Positions 1-12,639 of a stretch of 64,000 bases of DNA are shown piece by piece (position 1 is the stretch's first letter; every line of letters starts with the position of its first letter). The notes beneath the pieces are model-generated. The model did not search any database. It was not told the DNA's origin and saw only the letters and a list, made by a program, of their open reading frames with translations. A program made the translations under genes and the position numbers. The stretch lies in contig NC_042999.1 of NCBI RefSeq assembly GCF_006345805.1, forward strand, positions 41,664,001 to 41,728,000, in the 5' to 3' direction. The stretch is from Octopus sinensis (lineage: Eukaryota).

Positions 1-251
1 AGACGGGACCGAAACCAGCCGCTCTCAGGACTGCCTCCAAGTATCGATGGTCTACCCTATCAAAGGCTTTTGATTGATCCAAGTTGATCAGGGCCCCACC
101 CTGCCAGGTTCGTTAACTACCCTGTCTATGATGTAGCGCATCAGATGGAGGTTGTCATGGATGGTCCGGCCTGGCACGGCGCATGTTTGCGCCTTGTCGA
201 CCAGTTTCTCGATGACAAGCGCCAACCTCTTGGCTAGCACCTTGGCCAAAA
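1..251 (-). mobile_element. Tx1/L1-clade LINE RT fragment, 5'-truncated at about 251 and running off the left edge; same family as 613-3532
   Basis: Near-identical to 2603-2852 apart from single-base indels; encodes VLAKRLALVIEKLVDKAQTCAVPGRTIHDNLHLMRYIIDR (early RT region). Ends abruptly at a SINE-a head. Confidence 0.9.
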
Positions 252-461
252 CTGGAAGAAACGTTAGCACGCCGGCTGAAATGCTTATCGGTGTTTCGTC
301 TGCCGTTACGTCTGTGTTCAAATTCTGCCGAGATCGACTTTGCCTTCATCCTTTCGGGGTCGATAAATTTAGTTACGCACTGGAGTCGATGTAATCGACT
401 TAATACATTTGTTATCCTGTTGTCCCTTCTATGCCTAGCCCCGTGTGGCAATAAAGAAATA
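252..461 (+). mobile_element. SINE-a copy (tRNA-derived head GGCGGCGAGCTGGCAGAA, Tx1-like tail) missing its first ~11 nt
   Basis: Aligns by eye along its length with the complete copy at 19820-20050; ends GCCCCGTGTGGCAATAAAGAAATA. Confidence 0.85.
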
Positions 462-530
462 AGATATATAATATAATAGTATATATATTATATTATATTA
501 AATTAGAGACAAAACCACTATATGAAAATA

Positions 531-532
<2 letters not shown>

Positions 533-611
<79 letters not shown>
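533..611. repeat. (TA)n then (GATA)n microsatellite, 3' flank of the Tx1 at 613-3532
   Basis: Directly visible simple repeat. Confidence 0.95.
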
Positions 612-612
612 T

Positions 613-681
613 GTTTCTTTATTAGCCACACAGGGCTGCACACAGATAGAACAAATTACAAGGTAGAGCTTTTTTTGTAGG

Positions 682-714
<33 letters not shown>

Positions 715-3532
715 AAGGAAGGGGGAGGTTCGATCAAAAGGGATCGTAAAAGGAGAGAAAGAGGACAAAAATAAGGGGGGTTAAAAAAAAAAAAAAGGGG
801 GGGGGGGGAGAGGAAAAAAAATGATCAATAGGGATCGTTATCACAGAAATGTCAATATGAAGTGTAAAGGGGAGGACAGGTGAGGTTTATCCGTGGAAAG
901 AAAAGCCTGCGGAAAAGACCACGGTAACCTCGGTCAATGAAGTCACATTTTATATTTCTTTTTTTTTTTTTTTTGCAAATAAGCAACTCTCTGTTTTCGA
1001 TTTCTGGGTTCATAGGACTATGCTCAAGGTGGCTTCGTCATTCATACGTGCCATTCTTGCTACCCATCCCATCTTTTTTAAAACATTCGCTAGACAAAAC
1101 TTGCCTCTCTACTCTCACTTTCCTTTTCAAGTGGTACTTGAAGAAGTTGATGAGAGATTGACCAGAGAGGAAAGTGTTTGTCTCCAATCCTTTCAGACGC
1201 GTCCACCAGATACATTCTTCGCCATAGCCACAAGGATGATGAAAATAGCTCTTCCTTCCCGTTTGAAGGAAGGAGGCGTGACAATATTGACGATAGACTC
1301 AGCTGATAAACCGACTCGTCCCACACGTGACAGCAGTTGTTCGACATAAGCCCACAGGTCGGAATTGTTGGACACTGAACGAGTGCGTGCAGAACGGTTT
1401 CGTCGCTCTGACCGCATCTCGGGCAGGTCGGCCCCGTGTTTCTCGAGCCGTGTCTGTAGAGCTTATCCCGAACGGGTAGCGCTTCTCGGTAGCACTGCCA
1501 GGCCAGGGATCTCTGGAAGTTGTCCATGGGCCCTGGCCCGAAAGTCGTCCCGAACAGGCGGGTCAGGTACTCCTCGTCGACGTCAGGTTCGCCCCGAGCT
1601 CGTCGTCGTACCTCCCCTCCACTAAACCCCTATAGAATGCTTTGGTTGTGTTGAAGTCACTCAAGGTCGACCCAGGACGGCAGAGTTGCTTGAGAGCAAC
1701 GCGACACTCGCGGTGCCATTCGCCCTTCCTCGGCCTCTTTTTGATCCACGACTGCAGTTCGGTCATGGAGACGAGCTGCGGGAAAGCGTGCCTCACAAAC
1801 GGCGACCACACCTGTTCACCGTCGTCTACATAGAGCCAGAGATGTCGCAGTCTCAGCGCGTGTCTGCGCATCATCAACCACGGCATGCCCAGCCCTCCTT
1901 TTAACGGGTGTTGACAGCAAATGGATCGCCTGACCATCGGGACGCATCCTTTCCACAAGAAGCGAAAGAGGATGCGTTGTAGTTTGGTGATGGTAGGGTC
2001 GGGACAAGGTACGACGGTCAGGCGGTAGTAGATGACGGACGCGATGTACGTGTTCGCCACCTCCGCTCGACCTTTTAGGGACAGTTTCCTCTCGGCCCAT
2101 TGCCGGGCGAGAGTGACCACCCTACTCGTTATCTCGTTCCAGTTCTTCTCCACTTGGAGGTCCGGACCAAACCAGACCCCGAGCAACTCAACCGGGCCGT
2201 CGGTCCAGCGTCCCACGACGGAGGCGCTGGTGGACGGCATGGGCTTGCTTCTCCAGGTGCTAGTCGCAAGCCCACTGACTTTTCCGGTTGATTTTCGCTC
2301 CTGTCACCGCTTCGTAGTTTTTCAGTGTCTCGCCGACCAGCTCGATGTGCTCGTGGCTAGACACTATGACGGTGACGTCGTCCGCGTATGCAGACACGCT
2401 CGTCCGCATCCCAATTCTCGCGGGATGCCCCTTAGAGTCGCCAGCTTCCGCAGTAGTGGCTCAAGAGTCAATACGTATAGAAGCGCCGAGAGGGGGCATC
2501 CCTGACGGACCGAACGTGCAATGTCGAAAGGTCTCGATAGATGTCCATTTACGCGAATTACCGAACGGATGCCTCTGTACAAGGCAGCTATCCAGCCGCG
2601 GAAGACGGGACCGAAACCAGCCGCTCTCAGGACTGCCTCCAAGTATCGATGGTCTACCCTATCAAAGGCTTTTGATTGATCCAAGTTGATCAGGGCCCCA
2701 CCCATGCCAGGTTCGTTAACTACCCTGTCTATGATGTAGCGCATCAGATGGAGGTTGTCATGGATGGTCCGGCCTGGCACGGCGCATGTTTGCGCTTGTC
2801 GACCAGTTTCTCGATGACAAGCGCCAACCTCTTGCTAGCACCTTGGCCAATTTTCAAGTCTGCATTAAGCAGAGTGATGGGCCTAAAGTTATCTATTACA
2901 TTTCCCTTGTTTAGATCTTTCTTCAGCAGTGTTACGGCTCCTCGGCTCACAAAACCAGGAATGCTCCCGTTTGCTGCCAGTTCAGTACACCGCCGCCAAG
3001 AGATCTCCAAACAAGTCTGGCATACAATTGTAAAGCTCGTAGGGTAGACCATCCAAACCCGGTGATTGTTCCTCGAGCATTCTGCCATCGCTTCCCGCAC
3101 TTCCGCCGCCGTGATGGCACCTTCGCAGCACCCTGCCTTTCTTGTCGAGAGTCGTGGTAGGCTATGTAGGTAGGCACTGAAGTCCACCCTACGTTCTTGC
3201 CCTCCACTCGTTCCGAACAGTCGGGCAAAATGCTGCTGAAAGGCCTCACACATTTTACTTGGCTCGAGCAATTCGCGCCCCTGTTCATCTCAGTGACCGA
3301 ATGGTGGCTTTGTTGCCCTGTTGCGCCTCTGCCACCGGGCCTCTCTCGGCTCCAACACCTTCGTTCCTTAGAGCACGCATCCTAGCTCTGACAGCACATC
3401 CTTCGTGTTTGGCGTTGAAGTGTTGGTCGAGGGCCAACCTCGCCGCCAAAACGTCGGATGCGATGCCGCTTCTAATTGCCTCTTCTAGCTTCTTAACTAG
3501 CTCACCCTCTACTCTATTTCTATCTATGGCTA
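613..3532 (-). mobile_element. 5'-truncated Tx1-clade non-LTR retrotransposon (element E1) inserted in a (GATA)n tract
   Basis: Frameshifted ORF2 pieces carry FRPITLLNADLK, LDQSKAFDRVDH, RQGCPLS, YADD and the C-terminal CPRCGQSDETVLHALVQC. The 5' end lies just after the APE domain (LAIDRNRVEGELVKK). The 3' end is AGCCCTGTGTGGCTAATAAAGAAACA. (GATA)n lies on both sides. Confidence 0.92.
1010..3532 (-). pseudogene. E1 ORF2 (RT plus C-terminal Cys/His domain), several single-base frameshifts
   Basis: ORF-track pieces 3285-3593, 2744-3271, 2364-2780, 1563-2240, 1090-1527 and 1193-1417 are colinear with element A ORF2; natural stop after ATLSIVL at 1010-1012. Confidence 0.85.

Positions 3533-3578
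<46 letters not shown>
3533..3578. repeat. (GATA)n microsatellite, 5' flank of E1
   Basis: Directly visible. Confidence 0.95.
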
Positions 3579-4316
3579 GAGAAACCTCCTCACGGTTTGT
3601 ATTTACCAGATTTACTCTCAAGATGTAGGTCAGCTTGGTGCTACAGTAGAATAAATTTGCCTAAGTTGTGGGAATTTCAGTCAGATGCTTGCAAACCAGA
3701 AAGAACAGAAAGTCATATGTAATAAATGAAGGAATTGAAATGTGAATAGGCAAATATTGACATAGAATGACATTCACACCTGTACTTACACCACAATTTT
3801 CTGACCATAAGTCCAGGCATTCGAACCACTACGTCACAAAACACGCACGTTACCCTTAACATCGCATAACATAACAACACAAACAACAAACAGAACGCCA
3901 CAAACACGTGAGAGTTGAATTAAGAATGGCTCGCACGTATATTTGGCACTGATTAATATAAAGTCGGTACAATAATAAGAAGACATATCTGAGATGTTAT
4001 TAACATCTTTGAAAAATCTTTATCGATAAGAGACAGAAATCAACAACAGGTTTAAAAATAGCACGTAATCGACAGACAATTCCGGTCGCGCTAAGACTGG
4101 CAGACGCAAAACTTAATTTACAATGATCTAACATAAGGACGTGAAAACTATTTAAGACAGAAAAAGCAAAGTAAAATATTATAGGAAGCAAACATGAATT
4201 CATAAATATCAAAACACTTCATTATCTGAAGATCAAAGTTGGATCATTAGAGATTGTTAGAAATAAATGAGACCTTTGTGGAAATAACAGAATTACTAAA
4301 TATAGTATTATGTTTA

Positions 4317-4347
<31 letters not shown>

Positions 4348-4455
4348 GTGGTGTGTGTGGTGTGTTGTGTGTGGTGTGTGTGTGGTGTGTGTGTGTGTGT
4401 GGTGTGAGAGTGTGTGTGTGTGTGTGTGTATGTATATATGTATATATATATATAT

Positions 4456-4787
4456 TATATTTGTGTATATGTTTTTCTATGTATGTATACATTATATACA
4501 TTTATATGACTATGGATTCATAATTGTGCGGTTGTGTGTGTTTTGTGTGTATGTATGACTGTGTGCATTTGTGTATGTGTGTATGTGTGTGTGTGTGTGT
4601 GTGTGTGTATGTATATATGTATATATATATATATATTTGTGTATATGTTTTTCTATGTATGTATACATTATATACATTTATGAGTATGGATTTATAATTG
4701 TGCGGTTGTGTTGTGTTGTGTGTGTATGTAGACTGTGTGCATTTGTGTGTGTGTGTATGTGTGTTGTGTGTATGTTGTGTATGTGTG

Positions 4788-4832
<45 letters not shown>

Positions 4833-5199
4833 ATGTGTGTGTGTTGGGTGTATGTATATATGTATATATTATCTATATTATATTGTGTATATGTTTTTCT
4901 ATGTATGTATACATTATATACATTTATATGACTATGGATTCATAATTGTGCGGTTGTGTGTGTTTTGTGTGTATGTATGACTGTGTGCATTTGTGTATGT
5001 GTGTATGTGTGTGTGTGTGTGTGTGTGTGTATGTATATATGTATATATATATATTATATTTGTGTATATGTTTTTCTATGTATGTATACATTATATACAT
5101 TTATGAGTATGGATTTATAATTGTGCGGTTGTGTGTGTTTTGTGTGTATGTATGACTGTGTGCATTTGTGTGTGTGTGTATGTGTGTGTGTGTATGTGT

Positions 5200-5240
<41 letters not shown>

Positions 5241-5280
5241 TGTGTGAGTGTGTGTGTTTGTGCTTGTTTGTGTATGTCTC
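4456..5280. repeat. Compound TG/TA-rich minisatellite, 4 units in ABAB order (dimer about 420 bp)
   Basis: Anchor TTTTTCTATGTATGTATACATTATATACATTT at about 4472, 4648, 4894 and 5071, followed alternately by ATATGACTATGGATTC and ATGAGTATGGATTT. Confidence 0.85.
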
Positions 5281-5631
5281 TGTGTGTCTTAAAATTACAT
5301 TATTATTATAATCCAAGTTTGAAAATAACACGGCAATCTTTGCTGATTGGGAACTTGATATTGATAAAAGAGAAATTAATAATAAATTTCTTTTGACAGT
5401 CGTATAAGTTATGCCTGATGGTCTCTGTAAACAGAACCCAGTGCAAAAGTCGTCGCGAGAAGCAGAAGGCCCCACTCAACATTCATTTCAAAACGTATCT
5501 CTGTGGTGAGAAGTCTGCTTTCTGATCAAATAGTTCCAAATTCAATCCCATTGAGTGTTGCCTTGGGGAAGCGTCTATAGACCGAAGACTTGTAATTAGA
5601 TTTGGTAGAAGGAAACTACCAAATTTACAGA

Positions 5632-5748
5632 AAACAAAAGACGAATACTGGTCAAGGAACGACAAGCGACTATATTAGTTTGACGCTCAGAAACAATAGA
5701 AAAATATTTGACGTTTCGAGCCTACGCCCTTCGACAGAAAGGGATGAG
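5632..5748 (-). mobile_element. Probable Penelope-like terminal (pLTR) fragment, same family as 11890-12200
   Basis: Reverse strand reads TTTCTGTCGAAGGGCGTAGGCTCGAAACGT...GAGCGTCAAACTAATA...TTCGTCTTTTGTTTT, matching 11921-12030. Confidence 0.5.
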
Positions 5749-6838
5749 AGTGAAAAAATGGAGAGAACGAAAAAGGGGAAGAAAGAAAAATATGTGTGCG
5801 TGTATGTGTGTTTATGCTTACATATGTATATGTGTGCGTGTGTTTGTGTGTTTGTATGTATGTGTGTGTATGAGTGTGCGTGTATGTGTGTGTGTATCTT
5901 TCGGCCCGTCCTAGTCTGTCCTTCACTGCTTTACCACTGTTGTTGGCTCTTTACGCCCCCGTTATCTAACGACTGAAACAACTAAAGGTTGAAATAAAGT
6001 TATATATATATATATATATGGAGGTGAGCAAATGTAGGTATAGACTTGCTTAATATGAGTGGAATGTTCTTTTCATTTCTCTATTTGCTTTTTCGGGTAA
6101 GAATTCTTTGATTCAGTTCTTTTTCTTTTTAACAAGCAGCTGTGAGGCATTTGTAAGTTTGGTTTGCACACGAAACGATTTGGAATTCCTGCTAAATTCC
6201 TTTCAAACCATACCCAACTCGCAATGTGGATATTAGTCCAGATACCTTGTCTGAAAATAGCTCAAATATCCTTGGTTTTATCACATCAGGATTCTTCTGA
6301 GCAACAACAACAGGTGCGATATCAGGAGCAGCAATTACGGCTATCTTATGCCGTGGATAGGCCGCAACAGCTGTTCCCATTGTTGCCATTTCAAAGAAAT
6401 ATTCACCAAGCACCGGAAAATTCGACACCCTTTGCTTTTGTCGCAGAAGTCGATAAGTAAATCGTAGCCTTTAAAATGTTGCTGTCTGAAAAACTGTCGA
6501 TAGGTTTTCTTTGGCGTACTGAAAAAAATGTCATCTTTTCCGGCGTAAGTAAACGTCGCGTAGAATGCTGTAAAGGCAACGGATCCCGCTTGATACCAAT
6601 CTGGAAAAATAAGGAATCATTTGATAAAGAGAAGCGCTCATTAGTTTACGAGCAACCGCTCTTTGTTGACTTTCTATCGTCTGCCAGCAAACACTCCAGA
6701 TATCTTTAAACAGTTGGCTCATCTTGTTTGCACTGTTCGTCTGTCAAAAGTTGTGTAATTGATCAAAACACATGCACCCTCTCCTCCACACTCTCTCACA
6801 CACAAATATATTTTGACACACAGAATTACAGCTCTCCA

Positions 6839-6872
<34 letters not shown>

Positions 6873-7386
6873 TCCAACGAATTTTTCCACCCTCTAGGCT
6901 TTAAAAAAACCCTTATTGTTGGTTTCCTTGTCCTGGTTTTATTCTTTATTTGTACTGTTTTTTTTTCTTCATTCGTATTGCTTTTACGTCCTGTTCTTGT
7001 CACTTTTTTTACCCCTCTGCAAAAGAATTTTATTTAATTCATTTTGCAGGAAGGACTGCTTCGGCCGGATCGTGTTCTGCCCTTAGCTTCGAAACACGCA
7101 TTGTTTCGAAACAGGGGCAGCTGATGAAGGGGAATATTCCTTGCATTGTTTGTCTTGTACTCTGTTTTTTCGTTGTTAAAAAAAGACCGTTTCCTTGTTT
7201 GATTTTATGTTTTCGTTTCTCGTTGTGTTCTACGTTTATTTGTGGTGTCCCGTACTCATATATGCATGTATATATACATATAGATGTAGGTATGTACATA
7301 TATATATGTATGTATGTATGCATATGTTTTATTTATTAAATTGTTATTATATGATTGAACGCCACGCGCCGTTTCTTTTCCAAGTA

Positions 7387-7424
<38 letters not shown>

Positions 7425-7449
7425 ATAACAGTATGTTTCAGTTCCACAT

Positions 7450-7715
7450 TACTTTAAGTTTCATGGCCGCAAAATTTATCTGCACCATCAGACGTCCGGA
7501 GATAAACAGCTCTTGCTTTCTACCTGATATATAATCCATGAAATACCAAACACTTCCAGCAGATCAGAGCAGACTTTCTCGCCTTCATTTCTGGTGTCAA
7601 CTTTCGAGGTACCACTTTACACACAATTTCAATTAACTTTAGTTTTTACAATCTTCTGTAATGCATCAAGATCGCAGTCAAGCTTACCAGTAAGCTCGTG
7701 AATTGTAATTAGCCT
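7450..7715 (-). pseudogene. Decayed mariner-type transposase fragment
   Basis: Piecing frames together gives RLITIHEL...KLCVKWVPRKLTPEMKAR..CSDLL, resembling the mariner WVP(R/H)xL motif; heavily frameshifted. Confidence 0.5.
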
Positions 7716-7734
7716 GTAAAAAGTTTAAAGACCT

Positions 7735-7967
7735 CCTTCAGTCATAAATGACCATGGGATTGCACCTAGAAAGCTCTCCTCCGAGACACAAGTCCGGGCA
7801 AAGTTGTTTATGGAAGAACAGCAGTCTCCCATGAATACCTTCCTCCACTCTCAATGCCACCGATGTTATCCAAGAGAAAGGCAAAGACCGATATAGCTTG
7901 GCACTAGTGATGTTGTAACTCACGTTCGTGAGCCGGATGCTCTAACCACTGAGCCATGCGCCTTCAC
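7735..7967 (-). mobile_element. tRNA-derived SINE (SINE-d), internally deleted
   Basis: Head GTGAAGGCGCATGGCTCAGTGGTTAGAGCATCCGGCTCACG with A-box; the body is also seen decayed at about 15865-15990. Confidence 0.6.
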
Positions 7968-8682
7968 GTACGCATGAATTATTTTGTCCATGGGTTGGTG
8001 AACCTGCCAGCAATTGCAGTTGACGGTCCCCCACTACTTGGTTAGTCGTCAAAGCTAGTTCCCCTTTCTTTAAACTTGTCTACCTATTTTTGCACAGCAC
8101 TGGTCTCATCTCCGTAAATAACCTGTAGCCTCCTGTGTATGTCAGATATCCTGCATCAAACTTTCACCTAAAAATTCAATCCCGCTACACTTGCTTGGGA
8201 CCCAATATGTGCCTGCAATGCAGTGGGAAAAAGTGTGTTAATATAGAGGATGCGCTACACTACCGATATGTATGTCAGCCAATACAACATTCTGGGGCCA
8301 CTTTAGCATTACTTCGCTACAGTTCTCGTGTGTGCTTGTTTGTGGGTGCATAAATTCTTTTGGATGTAGAAACGAGAAAGATTAACAATGGATGCATGTA
8401 GTAGTGTTAATTCATTTCAAAACGAAAGTGATACTCTTCTGCATGACATTGTCACAGTTCCAAATTTTTGGTTTCTTTCTATGGAATTTTCAATATATAT
8501 ATTAGTATATATATATATTATATATAGAGAGAGCGAGGAGAGAGAGAGAAAGATAGATAGATAGAAGATAGATAGATGATAGAAGGCAGAAAGACAAATA
8601 GATAGAGTAGATAGAAATACAGACAGACAGATAGATATACATACACACACATATATATATACATAGTATATACATATATTTA

Positions 8683-8720
<38 letters not shown>

Positions 8721-9554
8721 TATACATACTATATATACACACCACACACACACACACACACACCATATATATATAGATATATATATATATTATATATATA
8801 TATATAATATATATATACAGTATAATTAAAGCAACTGTGAGTAAAGAAATTAGCTAAGAAATGCGAGACAGCAAACTAAACAACGGAAAAATCATTTCAA
8901 AATCTATAAAGAACAGAGGTATATGTGCAAAATATAAATATGAACACGAAACAAAAATTGTACAAAATTTCCTAAAACAAGAGTGAAATTAGTTTAAAAT
9001 ATGACAAATTTCTACGCCGTATTTGTTACCTGAAATTTAAGTAAACGACTTCAAAGTCACCGAGAATTGAGGGGAAAGAAAATACTTTGATATGTGGTTG
9101 AAATGTCTAGATTCGGCACGATCAAAGAGACAGATGCGACTAATTTTATCATACTTTCTTGAAGGCGTTAGGAAACTGGTAAGAATAAAAGAATAAAAAA
9201 CTCATATTTATCAAGCGAAGTTGTGCCGACGGAAAATGATAATGATTCTCATTCACATACATATCCACATAAAGTCATCCGTGCACGTGGTATGTGTAAG
9301 AAACTGAACGAATAAGAAAAGCGACTGAATTTTACTGAAGTTTGGCAAGATTAAATTTTGATTGTAACTCATGTAGAATCAGCTCGGAATAATTTTATTT
9401 CCCTCTACCAAATAGTGTTTTGTTCTTTGCTTTGCTAAATTGCATTTTGCACTAGTGTGTTAACACCATCAACATGTACATACATACATATATATATATA
9501 TATATAGTATATATAATATATGTATGTAGCATGTATGCATATATGTATGATATA

Positions 9555-9605
<51 letters not shown>

Positions 9606-10082
9606 TAGATATATATATATATATATATATATGTGTGGGTGTGGGGTGTCTGAGAGAGTAAAGGAGAGAGAGAGAGAGTTAATGTGACTGTGTACACACA
9701 TATAATATATATGTCTTCCATTTATGTCGTTCCAAATATGAATACTAAACACAATATTACCCATATTCGTATTGCTACATAGACAGTCCATTTTTTTCAG
9801 GTGATATATATATGTATGTATGTATATTGTTTTGTATGTTGTATGAATTTATACCAGAGAATATTAATGGCTGGAATTAAAGCGGAGATTAAAGACGACT
9901 TAAGATTCACTATTATCCAACATTTTATATTTACAAATCATTCGTTATATTCAATATTTTAACGGTAACAACATTATTTAAATATTTAATGATCATTGAG
10001 TTTGAGATTAGTACGGGTGTAAAATGAAGCTCAAGGAAGTTTCATTCAGTTTCTATTAATTTTTCTTTTAAAGTATACGTTT

Positions 10083-10610
10083 GGCATTTGCCATATTCTG
10101 AACGCCACAAAGGGAATACCCTCCATCAGGCATTTGCCATATTCTGAACGCCTTACTTCCCTGAGCATACATACATTGAAACTCCTATGTCTGGCAACTG
10201 ACTTGGCAGACACCTATAAAATTATTAACAATAACTCTGAGCACCTTTTCAAACTCCACCTGTCTAACACCTGTGAACATATTTACAAAGTCAGTAAACA
10301 GTACAGCTCCCATGACTTTCGGAAACATTTTTTCACGCTAAGAGTTGCTGAAGTATGGAAGAAACTGCCGGCATCAATTGTTAGTTGTCGGAGCACTGCA
10401 TCCTTCAAAACTTCCATGCTTCCTGAGATTCGCTAACACTACACCTCATTTTCTCCCCTCCATACACACACAAGCATGTATCTAACTCATACACTGTTCA
10501 CTTTCTAGACATTTATACATTACTGCATATGCTTTATACGCACTTTTGAAAAGTTGTGGTACACCTAAGCACTGTATACAATAATTTCATTATTATTTTT
10601 ATTATTATAT
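10083..10610 (+). mobile_element. 3' end of a CR1-clade LINE with ATT-rich tail
   Basis: ORF 10134-10436 (LPYSERL...DLADTYKII...RKHFFTLRVAEVWKKLPASIVSCRSTASFKTSM) matches the CR1 ORF2 C-terminus; tail TTATTATTTTTATTATTAT; 24-bp internal duplication at 10083/10129. Confidence 0.8.
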
Positions 10611-11074
10611 TTAACAAATTTCTAATTGCAAAATTACAAATATATTTAGATAAATAACAAATGTAACCCCAGGAAAATAGTAAATCCTTAGACTTAACTA
10701 AATTCAGTATGGCATCTAACTTTTAGCATTTTTCACTTTACAACAAGCGATACTTTAAACAATGAGTTGTCAATCTTTTGAACGTCGTGGCTCAGTGGAA
10801 ATGAAATTAAATATTATTGATTTCATATGGAAAACTTTAAAATATATTCTGTTTTAACATTAAGCATGTAGAAAAGAGCACTGAAAACCATTGCTAACCT
10901 AACTTTATTAATCATATTTATGAATGATGATAGCATAACATGCTGCTCATAACGTTGAAGCATTAATATGAATTCTCTGAAGCATGTTATTTAGAAAGCC
11001 ACAGAACAATTAAATTCCTCCCGCTACCAGAAACTACGAAGGTTTATATATAAGTGTGTGTGTGTGTGTCGTGG

Positions 11075-11425
11075 CACTCCGTCGGTTACAACGACGAGGC
11101 AGATCCGATCAAAAAGAACAGCCTACTCATGGAATTGACATACAAGTGGCTGAGCACTCCACAGACACATGTACCCTTAACGTAGTTCTCGGGGAGATTC
11201 AGCGTGACACAGAGTGTGACAAGACTGGCTGTTTGAAATACAGGCACTGCAGAAAGAGTGAGAGAAAGTTGTGGTAAAAGAATACAGCAGGGTTTGCCAC
11301 CATCTCCTGCCGAAACTTTAGGTGTTTTTGCTCAATTAACACTCAAGCCGCCCTTTATGGGGATTGAAACCGCGATCCTACGACCCTATGTCCGCTTCCT
11401 TAACCACTGGTTCATTGCGCCTCCA

Positions 11426-11426
<1 letters not shown>
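11075..11426 (-). mobile_element. tRNA-derived SINE-c (head GTGGAGGCGCAATGGCCCAGTGG), older copy
   Basis: Colinear with 25113-25495 and 35386-35667; A- and B-box-like motifs at the high-coordinate end. Confidence 0.75.
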
Positions 11427-11496
<70 letters not shown>

Positions 11497-11889
11497 TGTA
11501 TGTATGTATATATGTATGTATATAACCCTACCCCAACCCAACCCAACACCTACACATTTCAACCCTACCTTCCCAATCCTTCGCAACCCACCCCTCCTCT
11601 AACCCCACCCTCTGCCTACCCACATACACCACCCTCAGCCTAATCCACGCACACACTAGCACTGACCACTTACCAGCCCCACATTTTCACACCTACACAT
11701 ACACCCACGTACACGTCAAGGTCACCATTCCTCTTCCACACGCACATACACATACTCTCTTATGCATACGTATGCACACCTTCGTTTTGGGATCACCACA
11801 ACTTTATTAACTCCCCTTCTCCCTAGCTCTCCTGTGTGACCTTTCTATCCGGCATTCGCCGTGATAGATCGCTAGCCACTACACATTTT

Positions 11890-12200
11890 TCCTCTTCTCT
11901 CCTTGTTTCTTCTCTGTTCCTTTCGGTGGGAGAGCGTAGGCTCGAAACGTTAAAGACTTTGTCACTTCCCGAGCGTTAGACTAATACATCTGTTTATTGT
12001 CTACACCACCTGTCTTCGTCTTTTGTTTTTTGTGAATTCTCCCTATATATATAAATGCTCTCACAAACGCACACACACAAACATATACACAAAATTCCCA
12101 AAAAACAAAAGACGAAGACAGGCGGTGTAGACAACAAACAGATGTATTAGTTTAACGCTCGGGAAGTGACAAAGTCTTTAACGTTCTCCCACAGAAATCC
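11890..12200. mobile_element. Probable Penelope-like pLTR with an inverted, truncated second copy
   Basis: 11946-12038 and 12093-12185 form a ~92-bp inverted repeat with 4 mismatches seen; contains GAGCGTAGGCTCGAAACGT, a hammerhead-like stem II plus GAAAC. Confidence 0.6.
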
Positions 12201-12639
12201 ACCACATATACATATGTTGTGTGTGTGTGTGTGGTGTGTGTGTGTGTGTGCATGTGTATGTATGAGCGGAAGACAAAAGGTAATTAGCATTGTTATGCAG
12301 TGAAGCACTAAAAATAAACAAAATAGACTATTCTACAATCACGACTAGTAATATTTTGTGACGGGCCTCTATCAAAATTTGTAACAAAACACTGTAAAAT
12401 ATTAGTTATGTGATATCGTTCCAACAGAGAGAAAAGTAAAAGAAAAAAGCGTTGTAGTAATGCTAATTCGGCATCAACTGCAATAAGATTAATTGTGTAC
12501 GCTTCTTATGAAAAGAAAGAAGCGAAAAGAGAGTACAAAATTAAGCGTATTTTGATACGAAATATCACAAAGAAAAAAAAAATTTAATCAGAGCCATAGA
12601 ATTTAATCTCTTTTGTACAATTTTTAAGCAAGGCTTTGT

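Noticed and set aside
3521-3539. TATCTAT-GGCTA-ATAGATA hairpin at the E1 5' junction as a mechanistic signature
   Set aside because: The inner arm is explained by native ORF2 codons (A-I-D-R) abutting the GATA tract; probably coincidental.
7075-7145. Hairpin plus CTGATGA as a hammerhead
   Set aside because: No GAAA follows the putative stem II, so the core cannot be completed.
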